In this document: positions 47,539-58,117 of the stretch, piece by piece
Position numbering within the stretch: the stretch's first letter is position 1
Layout: each line of letters begins with the position of its first letter
Notes under the pieces: model-generated
The model's input: only the letters and a program-made list of their open reading frames with translations
Database searches by the model: none
Told to the model about the DNA's origin: nothing
Position numbers and translations under genes: made by a program
NCBI GenBank assembly: GCA_029953675.1
Contig: JAMWBK010000006.1
Span: 1,798,001-1,862,000 of the forward strand
Length of the DNA stretch: 64,000 bases
Source of the DNA: Rhodosorus marinus CCMP1338
Lineage: Eukaryota > Plantae > Rhodophyta
Direction: 5' to 3'

Positions 47539-50371
47539 TTAAAAGTCCCACTCGATCGTTGTGGGGTCTTCCTGTTCCCTGCCCTGCTCGTCGACAAGAG
47601 CTTGATAGCGTTGCAGCAGCTTGTGAAACGAATCTGATGATAAGTAGTCAACGATTTCTGGCAAGTCTTCCTCGAGCATGTCCCAGTCAAGCCCCTCTCC
47701 AGTGGAGAAGTCCAGTGAGTTCATGAAGTTGATGTACTTCTCTTCCTGGCGCACGTCGGTGTAGTGCAGGAACTCGTCGTCAAAGTCAGCACTGTCAACC
47801 TCCTCGTCCGGATTATGTGATCGCCAAATCGAGTGGATACCGCCCTCCAGATTCTCGTAAGTCAGCAATGAAGAGCCAGAGAGCGCTTCAATTCTCACGA
47901 ACTCTAGACGTAGGAGTTCTGCGACGGAACGTCTTTCTGCCGAAGATTTGCTTGTGCAAGAAGAAACGAGTAGACACAGATCCTTCAAGACGAAACCCGG
48001 GACATAACGTGCTAGATTTCAATATCTCCGACACAAAGGCAACCAGTAAGTATCGACGGTAAGCTGCTTACCTTTGAGAACTCATTTTCATCGAGTTGCG
48101 GTGGTGGGCTGTCCCTTATAGCGTTCATGATCAGAATAGGATTTCTCGAAGCCTTGAAAGGGTCTTGGCCCGTGGCGAGTTTATAGACAAGCATGCCAAA
48201 TGACCATATGTCGGACTGCGGCAGAATTCATTCATCGTCAGCTACACGGTTGCGACCAACCCCAAAATGTCGCATGATTCGAAAGGGAACTGTACCTCTT
48301 TCGTGTACAAGTTGTCGAAGATGGCTTCCGGGGCAGTATACAGAAGAGCATCACCGCCAACCTTGCTTCCATCGACTTCAAACGTTGCGAGCTTGATGCA
48401 ACCACAGGGGCTCAGCTTGACTCGAGTCGGATCCATGCTCCTTCATGAGAAATGAACAAAACAGTTCGTCAACCAACTAGACCTACCTTCTGGATACACT
48501 CGGATTGTCATCTTTGTCTTGGAACTTGTACTTCAAAATGGTGCCACGATGGTGCAGCGAAGACAAGTGCAGAAGGAGACACTTGACCACAATTCTCAGC
48601 TCCTTCTCAGGTAGTTTTTGCTTTTCTGCCAGCAAATCCTTCATAGTTATGCAGCAGTTGACATTCAGCAGTTCTCCGCCAGATAGACTATCAAATAGAT
48701 CACCTCTGGATCCGAGGAGGTCTCTGCTGCTGCCGAAATCACTCTTCTCATCACCTGTCTCGCGGGTCAAGGCCTCTGCGTTTCCGAGCAGGATCAGATG
48801 TCCAGGGGGGCGGGGCGGGGGGGGGTGGTTAGAGTCAAAAGCCAATCGTACTAGAAGGACTACTCGTTGAAGACTACTGCGATAGGCTACTGATGCTGAG
48901 CTTACCTCCTTCACTGCTTCGGGCTAGCTCCTCCGCCTTTATTGCAGCTTTCTCGTCTAGAACGTCTCCAAACTGAACACTTCGTTCATCGGGATCCACA
49001 ATTCGTCTTTTAAAGAAGGGATGCGTTACGAGGTCACTTGCAGATGGTCTGTCAGATGGTATACGCTGGCAGCAAACTGCTACTAGATCTCGAAACTCCT
49101 AGTTCCAGAGTGAACAAGGACAATCAACGAGTAAGAACCCGCAGGCAAACTCCGGACTTTCAAGAAGTCCCCCAGCAACCATCTACTTCAAGCAAACATT
49201 TGTCATCATTCAGTAAAACACCGGTATCCACACTGTGTAAGAACCAACTGCCGACCAGAGCCGACTTGGTTCGTCTTGTTTCTCATTGGACGTGATTCCG
49301 TATGACGCTGGGGGGATGTAGTGTGACCAAACTCGGCTCGGCCAAGTGTTCCACCGCCAGAACAGTGACGCTATAGAAGCAATTTGCCTAGCAATTTCCT
49401 CTCCAGAGACAAGGATTCTGGCTATTTCTTACTGCTGAGAAGGACGTGTCCAACCGTGGCGGAGGGATTTTGGGGATTTGAAGCAGAGCTTCCATCGGGT
49501 GCATTCTTGAATTCGGGGGCGTGCCCATGGCCAGTTCAATAGCTGTTACTCCAAAGGACCAAATGTCCGCCTGTTTTGAAAGGAATAGGTGGATTGAGAG
49601 AACGGGTTTGTCAGGAAGAGAGGGTCTATTTCATGTGGGTTACCCATTATTCGAACCTTGACGTTATAGTTGTTCTCTGCGATAACCTCCGGAGCAGTCC
49701 AGTAGGGGGAGCCCACTAGTGTGTTCCTCGCCTGTTTTGTTTGTGTAAGTTGACCCGCGACTCCAAAATCAGAGAGTTTGACCTTTCCGCTTCGCGAGAT
49801 CAAGATATTGCCGCATTTTAAGTCCCTAGGAGACGGCGGATTGCGCAACGCGAGAGAAAATCAGCAGTCTGAGATCAGCTATAAACGGACGATGAAGGAT
49901 CAAGTCCTTACCGATGGATTTTCCCTTCCCTATGAAGGTACACAAGTCCGTTCAACAAATCGAACAGAATAGTTGCGCAAAACTGTTCGGACACACTGGG
50001 CACTATCTGAATAGTCTTATCCAAAGAACCACCGTCCATGAACTCCATAACTATCCACAAAACAGATCCTCGGACGTACGAAGTGTAATATTCCACCACA
50101 GATGGCAGGTTCAATTGCTTCATCATGTTGACCTCCTTCTGCAGCTCCTGCACCCATCAACAACCAAATGAAGCGTTAGAACAACTATGCAACGTACCGA
50201 ATATTCAATAACCAAACGAAGAAAAGAACTACGTTGTACCTCAATCTCCTCCGGACATTTCTCCAAGTCGATCGCCTTCAACGCAACGACTTTACCCGTA
50301 TCCTGTTCCAAACCACTATAAACCTTTCCATAGGTTCCAAACCCAACACATTCTACCGGTTTGTACTTCAT
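47539..50371 (-). CDS. STE20/MST3-4-like Ser/Thr kinase with a C-terminal degenerate second kinase lobe
   Basis: [28 protein letters not shown] and ADIWSFG form the first domain. In-frame exons continue to [26 protein letters not shown] and an acidic tail. Confidence 0.9.
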
Positions 50372-50443
50372 CTCGTTTCTACATCTACCTTCTCAGAACT
50401 TCAAGGAAACTGAGCAAGCCCACCAACGCTCCACACAAAGCCG

Positions 50444-51250
50444 ATGAACGCTTCCAAAGGTCAGCAAGCTTCACCAAGCCAAGGTTGTGAGTGAATACCC
50501 CAGTAAACTAAACTCCTTCGTCTTCAGCAAACTCGCAGAACTTGCGAAAGCCCCTTTACCCTTCGTCAATCGAGCACGTCCCCCAAAGTCCTTCCTGCTC
50601 AGTATTGAAGAAGAAATCAGTTCTTGAGGACGCAGCTTGCCGAAACCATCTGACACCATTACCAAAACAAGACGAAGAGAGAGAACACCAGTGAAGCACA
50701 GAGTCAATGTCCTTGGTCCTTCATCCAGTTCATGAAATAACTGAAGTTTTGGTCAAGGAGGGGGGAGCGCTTTCTCTCCTCTGAGAACACAGACGTTTTA
50801 TTAAAAGGAGAGAAATAGATGACAGCTTTGCCCTCTAAAGGAGCAACGCTAGAAGCGATTGTTCTTTCCAGGTCGAAGAGGAGTTGTTTGATGAGGAAAA
50901 AGGCAACCTCTCAGACGAAGTGCGCGGCTTGGAAGAACTTCCGAGCGGGGCTGGCTCCAGTGCGTCGGTTGATGTTATGGAAAAAAGCCGGGGAAGGGTT
51001 TCCGCTGGAGGTTAAGTCAAGCAAGTTGCGAGCGCGATCTGATTCAAGTTATGGGGAGGAAATGAAGGGCAGAGACAGAGGGTCTGCAGATAGCAGCCAA
51101 AAGTTAGTCCGAAGAAAAGCTAGCCGTGTCATCAACCGAAAAGGATCAGCAAGCAATAATCGAGGTTGCCCAAATTTCAGCCCATCAAATATCGTTTTTC
51201 GGCGAAATCAGTATTCTGCGAATCACCACCCTCGTCTCCTTAGCCTAGTT
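50444..51250 (+). CDS. Possible intron-containing hypothetical gene
   Basis: ATG 50444 exon with a GTGAGT donor. A later AG-flanked acidic exon reads VEEELFDEEKGNLSDEVRGLEELPSG. Not fully assembled. Confidence 0.3.
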
Positions 51251-51642
51251 TAATTTGCCCTTCTTGCGTATCCTTAGCGCTACACTCTGCAGCTAAAGCA
51301 AAGAGGCTTACCCACTATCACATGATTCCAGATATCATGGAATCCGTAATAAGCATCAAGCTCTGTTTTTCGCAACCGCTCGTGGTGGTTCCCCACTTCA
51401 TGCATTCTGCACGCCATTGAAGAACTTCTTTACAATGCTGCGCGACGCGATTGAGTCGCAGTGCAACAACAGGCTAGGTGGAAGCCAGAGCGTTATATAT
51501 ACATCCTTGTCTTCTATTCTAAAGATCGGACTATGTCTGCTTCTGAACATGCGGACTTCGCGTAGCTCAGCTGATGCGCTGGGTTTGCGTTCCCGCGCGT
51601 TCCTTTTTGGACCAGTACAAGCAAGTTTTCTCTGCTACAACC

Positions 51643-52701
51643 TTAATTGTCCTCGTCCTTAGTTTCCCAATCAGCAGCTTGTATGTCGCTAATGTGCCAG
51701 TGCCTCAGCGCGTCCCTCTCTGGGTGATCCTTTTGGAACTGTGCTATGACCATCTTCTTCTCCTCCTCAGAGAGCTCCGAGACATAGTGCTCAAGCGCAT
51801 TTGGTCGACGAGGTAAAGGTATGTATGTGTTCCTAGGGATGTTCTCGGATAACCTTATGGCTTTTCTTCTCTTCATCTCCTCTTCCACTGCTTGGGGAAC
51901 TGTTGGATTATAAACTGGTCTCTTGATCAACTTGATCTGTTGGTAACGAATCCAGTAGCAAACGCCAGGGTCAGCAAAAAAAAACGCTACTAAAGTGAAA
52001 GAAAGATGTAGAAGCGTTCTGAGTACCTTCAGATTGATACGCGTCTGGAGCTGTTTGAAGATATCATCGAGAATGTGTTCGCCTGTATTGAGAGGAAGCA
52101 TGGTCCACTCGAAGATCACCTGTCCCCTTTTACAAACAGCTACGTACCCAGCTATATTTCCTTTTCCTTTGCCCATTTTTACCTCGGCGGGCTTTTTCGA
52201 GTACGGAAAGTGAGGAAAGACATGTCGCCACAGCTGGATCATTCAAGGAGATGATAGTCAAGAGTCAGAGCGGATCCTCATCATAAAGTACTAAGCATGC
52301 GAACTCCCCCAGAAGCTACCTTGACCCTCTTCGTTCCGTCTGAATCTGTTGACGAACGCAGCAATTTGATAAGCGTCGCCTGAGAAGCTTGTAAACACTT
52401 CTGCTCTAGGGTATAGAATCCGAGGTCCTTCCGCCGAGGGTGGTTGCCGACAACCTGAGGGAAGCGTTGGATTTTTTCAAGTCAGGGTAAGCAGATTCTC
52501 GGTATGCCCGCATCCGCAAACAAATCTCTGGATCCAAGATCGATCTCGCCAAAGTCCGGTTCAAAACAAAAGCGCTCATACCTTCAATCCATAATCGCCA
52601 AACCGCAAGACGCTCTCCCTTTCAGCACTAACGTCACGCTCCCATCGCTGAAACCGATGCTTCATCTTCGACGGCTGGGGTCTCAACTGCCGTCCGGCCA
52701 T
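51643..52701 (-). CDS. rpl16: Nuclear-encoded mitochondrial-type ribosomal protein uL16 (multi-exon)
   Basis: [22 protein letters not shown]|..|[31 protein letters not shown], with a long C-terminal extension. The start is uncertain and an upstream presequence exon is possible. Confidence 0.9.
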
Positions 52702-54145
52702 CGCGTCAGCCTAACTCGAACGAACCAAAACGAGTCGTTCAAACGCAAGGTAGTTCTCCTCTCCAAATCAACAGTGCTACCAATGCATGAAAGGGAAAAT
52801 AACTCCTCCTTCTCCTAGCTGTCCAAACCGCCCTCCGCTTCCTGAGAATCCGTGTGAGAGATCAGATTTCTCTCCTGCAGTCCTGCTCTCTCGTTTCTCA
52901 TACGAACATAACAACCGATCAAGGAGAAACTAGGACGCTTGACATAAAAAACGATCAGACGGATCCTCAACTAAAGACTTTCTAGCTTCGCCAGCTCCCA
53001 ATTTTCCGCTCAAGGACAATCCCAATTTCCATCTCCTCGAGCTCCATCAGAAGACCTTCGGAGAATAGATGAGGGAGGTGGGGATTTGGGAGTCGACCAG
53101 TCTGTTGGATCGGATAGAGTTTCTATGATGGTCGGTCTTAAGCCAGGTTTTTGTTGAAGTAAATCTGGTTTAACAATGGTACGTTTTAAAACTGAAATGC
53201 CAGACTATACTCTGTTTGATCTTCATCAATTAAAAAGTCATTTTCGGGGCGTTTTGTGAACCGTTTCCGATTCGACTGCGCGGCAGGTGGTCTCGGAAAC
53301 TGTCGCCGCCATCGTAATCTCGGTTTATGGCCTGAGACGTTCGTACAAGATCGCTTTGAGAGGCGAAAATATGCTTCGCAAAGCCGTGTAAGTACTCATC
53401 CATTTTGTACCGTTAGTGCGGTGTAGACGGCCTGGGTCGTAGAGCTGGTTCCTTTGTCGGGTTGCCGGTGCGCAAACTAATACACAGACCTATTCATGGG
53501 AACGGACTACAGGAGACGGCCGGTTGCATACCCAGAATCGCAGTTTACCTGGTCGCGACTGTTTATGAGGAAGATCTTCAAAGTTGGACTAAATCTTGCC
53601 CTGCGGGTGGAATCGATTAGAAGTGAGAATATCCGCTGAAAAAAAACACAGCTTAGGACCTCTATACTACTTCCTAGGGGCATTTAGGAGGGTTCTCGAT
53701 CTTGCGACTGGACCTGGTGGAAGGATCGAATTATCTTTCGCCAGTTGATGTTGATGCGTGTGGCAATATTATGTTCTCATCACGATTTCTGAGCTTGTAA
53801 CTTCCGCGCTTTCGTGCGGTTTTTTTTTTTGGCAGGTCGCATTGGGCGGCGATCCTCACTCGCAGCAGCTAAACCGGAGTCTAAGGATCGGGGTCGAGGG
53901 TCCGTATCCGAGAAAAGTGAACAGAAACCCAACTAGATCTCGGAACCGGACTGATCTAGTTGGCTGTTTCTGCTAACTTAAGAGACAGACTCAAGCGATT
54001 CTAACTGTAATCTACACGATGGGGTTTTAATGTTCGAACTAGGTATAGTGAGATTGAGATATATCTGCCATTTTATGTACAATCAAAGAAAAAGTCACTC
54101 GTCCTTCCTAAGTTTCACTAGGAACTCATGCTCATCGTGTGTATT

Positions 54146-55366
54146 CTACACGAGGTCCGCAGTTGCTCCATACGATGTTAGAGGCTCAGAGGAGCTGAGC
54201 AATGGCAGGGAACGCTTGCAGAGTGGACACTCATTGGATTTTTTGAGCCATGAATCTATACAGTCGCTGTGATAAAGATGTGCGCAGAACAATTCCCGGC
54301 ATTGATCGCCATCAACAATGTCATCGAGGCATATCTGTTAGAACAGGGTGTGTTAGCGACGAGGCTACCAACTGGACTTGATCGTATGAGCAGTTCAAGA
54401 TGTCTTAATTACTCACCGAGCATATTCGCGGCCCGTGCTCTTCATCGTCACCGGCTTTTTTGCGAAAAGTGAGTAATGTTAGTTGTTTGATCAGCCGCAT
54501 TCTTCGTCCAAGCGCGGTTTCCACCATGGAGTCATAGGACGTTATTCTCTGCAGCCTCTGTGAGCGGCGAATAGTGAGGGTGCGCTTCAACTTAGAGAGC
54601 TATGGAGAGGCCGAGATCAGAATAGTCGTTCTTACCGCTGCTATACAGATTAAGATCTGCAGGAAGAACCAGAAACAAGCGCCACGTAGAAGAGTCCATT
54701 GTAAAGCACCACCGTAAGACCAGTACAGAAAATCTTCGCCTAGGATAAGCAAGGACAAGCTCTTCATTCGGCATCTCAAAATTGCCTCCCAGTCCGTGCT
54801 ACTCAGGACTGCCGAAGGAAAATCGATCCGCTCCACCTCTTGATCCACTGACTCTTCAAGAACCGTTTCGCCTAGCCCCGCAAAAAGTAGGCCGGACGCT
54901 CCTGCGCGCTTTGCAAGCCTCGCCTTATCGGCTCTCGAACAATTTCCACCCTCTCTTACGAGCACGAAAAAGTTCTTTGAACACTTTTCGGGCAGGGCAG
55001 ACACGATATCCTCCTCATCGCAACCATATGAGGGTATTGAGCCTGAGGCCCCTCTTTGAGAGGCAATATAAACGGTCGAAAAGTAGCCTACGTTAAGCAG
55101 ATTCGGCGGAGACACCTCTACCGTACTCAACACAAGTCGAAGATTCTTACACCTTTGGTTTACGTCGTGACAAACGAAAAAGAGGAAGACGGGTTTAGGA
55201 ATGCCCCAGATAAACTCCCAAACCAGAAAAAAGATTACCTCAGTCCAGATTTTTGCAGTGCAACTCACTTTTCTGCGCCATCCTCAAGGATGAACCCACT
55301 CGCCGAGGCTACCAGGAGAAACCAGAACGCTGAGATCCAGTACCGCAGCGGAATATTTACATTCAT
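54146..55366 (-). CDS. PA-TM-RING-H2 membrane E3 ligase (RMR/RNF13-like; multi-exon)
   Basis: Signal peptide MNVNIPLRYWISAFWFLLVASASG, PA domain LVREGGNCSRADKARLAKRAGA and a TM segment. The spliced RING is CS|ICLDD..LFCAHLYHSDCIDSWL..CPLCK. Confidence 0.85.
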
Positions 55367-56119
55367 CACGCTTCCCCTTCGGTCAAACGGAACTGAACCT
55401 ATCCTTCGCCTCCATATGACCCATCTCCCACACGTCCAGATCTACTACTTCAAACATAGCAAGATAAACAAAAACTGTATAAAACGTCCGCTTCAATCGA
55501 CAGAAACGGAACATCGCGAATCCCTCCAAACATCCCAATATGAAGATGCAGCTCCGTTCGCACTTCGCTCCCACCCACAACCCACGTCCCCCTCCCCCGC
55601 ACTCGCCATCTCGTCTTGCCAAATACCCCCCGACACCACTTAGCCAAAAAGTTACGTTTGTAGCAACTTCTCCATACTAAAAGATCTCCGATAGTACGAT
55701 ACAGCAATATCCTAAAATACAGTACACATGGTCGACAATTCATGATTTATTTACATTTTAAACTCTTTCGTACATCAGTATGTATCGTATATTATGTAAA
55801 GCTTACGGAGTACCATAATTCCAGCCGTTGGAATCGACAATATGTGAAGTTTTAATTGTTTATGTTTCGCGGGCAGAGATTTTTAGTCGTTTTTTTGCAA
55901 AATAATTTTGCACTGTGGTGGTTGCACGGAGATTGCGTATTTTTCTTTTATTGTAAAAGAATTTTGGAGTGGGAAATATATAGTCTTCCAAGTAGTCCCG
56001 GTGAAGATCTGCTGAACAAGAAATGCGTGCAGATTAAAGTATGTTTTAAGAAGTATGCTTTTTCGTGGAAATGGACGGGGGTGACCTCTCGCGCGAGGTT
56101 TTTTCGGGGTCAGGGTTAT

Positions 56120-56157
56120 TGGATCTTGGACGGGTTTGTGGATCTTGGACGGGTTTG
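56120..56157. repeat. Perfect 19-bp tandem duplication (TGGATCTTGGACGGGTTTG x2)
   Basis: Identical adjacent copies at 56120-56138 and 56139-56157. Confidence 0.9.
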
Positions 56158-56275
56158 TCCTCTCCGAGCAAGCCTGGGAACCGCTGTTGACATCTGGTGG
56201 CATGTGATCTCAGAGGTGGGAGGGCTACGAAGCTGGCGAGCGTAGCTGGATGTAGCTCTGATTCTCATTGGAGTC

Positions 56276-56610
56276 ATGTCAAGTAGGCGGAGCTTGCATA
56301 GAGATGGAAGGTCCATCGCACCGTGGTGTTCCCTTCACCCCCTCTCAAAGCTGACAAGAGCAAAGAACGTCGTCGTCTTTGGGATAGGTCAGAGCCTTAA
56401 CCAGATATGTAAATCAATGTTTTCATCCGCTACCTGCTCACAGCTTACCCGGAGATGAAAATCGGTGTTGACAGCATCAAGGCCCGTCCAGACTTGACCA
56501 AGGATATGCTTAAAGTCAGAGTCTAGCTACTTTGGCAAGACTGTTGATGCGATCCTAGTGCAAATTACAGCTGTGCCCACCGAAGCTACATTTTTGCCCT
56601 CAATTGTATG
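56276..56610 (+). CDS. Possible intron-rich hypothetical gene
   Basis: Phase-compatible GT-AG exons give AKNVVVFGI|AYPEMKIGVDSIKARPDLTKDMLK|LCPPKLHFCPQ. Both ends are unresolved. Confidence 0.35.
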
Positions 56611-57723
56611 TAAATATGCAGACTGTACTTCGGGCTAGCGGTTTTTTGATCGAGTGGTCAGAGTCAAGTTCTTGAAACGCTCGCGTAGTCTTTTCTCTCA
56701 ATTCGTCTGAAAAGTTAAGCACGGGATCGGGCAGGGGACAAGCACAAAACCTGAGAAATTTTCGACCATGAAAACTGGTTTGCACAGCAGCGTGAGTCTA
56801 CTGATAATTAAAGTCAAATCTAATTCCGAGCAATAACACTCGATATGCTTAGTGTGCAACATTCTGATAGTTCGCCTCTAAATATCCACCATATAGCTGT
56901 TTACTTGCATTTCAATCAGATTGGAGCAACAGTGTTCCCTCAGCAGCTATTAAAAGCTTCTAGAAACCGACGCTGGAGGGAGCAAACCGGTCCGATTCGG
57001 TACCGTCACCAAACCGATCTCGTGCCCACCACGCGGTTTTTTTTCTTCAATTTTTTCCCCGGTTCATCTTCCAAATTGATTGGTTTTCAAATGGGACAGT
57101 TGGGACAAGTGCCAAGGACGTAGATCTGGTAATCTGCCTTATCGCAAAAGCTTAAGTAAATTTACAATTATTTGGTATATTTGGGAACTTTTAGTTCTTT
57201 TGAGATGAGCACGTCTAAACTTTAGGAATATTGACGTTAGTGGTGATTGAAAATACTCGTTCTCGTCTGGTTTGTCTCCTCTGCTACTTAGTTGCAGAAT
57301 TCAACCAATCAATTCAAGCCAGATTTTCTCTTGGTATGCCGACATGATCCAGGAAGACTCCGAAGCGCTCGCCATGTGCAAAGATGTGCAGCGGTAGTTG
57401 TGTCCTGAAGCGGAAACTCAATGAGCCTTCTCATCGTGGCGGCAAGGCGGAAAGAATCGCGGCCGATCCACACTATTCACGGCCACTTTCCGTAGGACTG
57501 GTATTGCGACTGCGACTGGGCAGACGCGAATTTCCAAAATGTATTCCTCCGAACTGTTTAAAGAGAATATTTCAGTCATTAAAAGCTATGGAAACATATT
57601 CAGGTTGAGCTATTAAACGATATTAGTTAACGCTGTCCAAGTTGTCAAAATATACTCAGGAACAGAAGGTCCTTGCAAAGGTCCCCCATTAAGTCTACTG
57701 ATAATTATGTTCTCTGCCCAATT

Positions 57724-58117
57724 TCAAGCTCGCTCCTTGTTGTCAGGCAGCCATCCCGACCAACGTCGCTTGAACACCGGCGCAGGAGATCTCCTCAACG
57801 GTCCTGCACTGTGTTCGCCGCAGACCCAGCCGTCAAGCCATGCTGAGTATCTACCAAAACAGACGAACATATAAAAACCATCCGGTTAACTCCAATATCG
57901 ACAAGCCTAATTGACGCAGAAAAACTTAAGCCGGTCATAAGTTTTCTTACCTCATGGGCTTCATTTTACCAAACCCTTCCGCCATCGTCGAAGTGTCCAA
58001 AGTAATGAAATTTTTCAACTCCGCTGGCACAATTCGTGGACTGATCATCGTCGCAGACCGACTCGTAGCATTCACCATCTGGCACCTCACTCCAGCAACG
58101 AAAGCCAAATCCTCCAT
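57724..58117 (-). CDS. Small (about 97 aa) putative plastid-targeted protein, 2 exons, absent from the ORF track
   Basis: MEDLAFVAGVRCQMVNATSRSATM..MKPM, a 100-nt GTAAG..TAG intron (57851-57950), then RYSAWLDGWVCGEHSAGPLRRSPAPVFKRRWSGWLPDNKERA*. The upstream flank is C-rich on the + strand, as at other minus-strand gene starts. Confidence 0.5.

Noticed and set aside
53176-53640. Possible + strand gene starting ATG|intron|VVSETVAAIVISVYGLRRSYK
   Set aside because: Downstream exon phases are ambiguous and no family motif was found.
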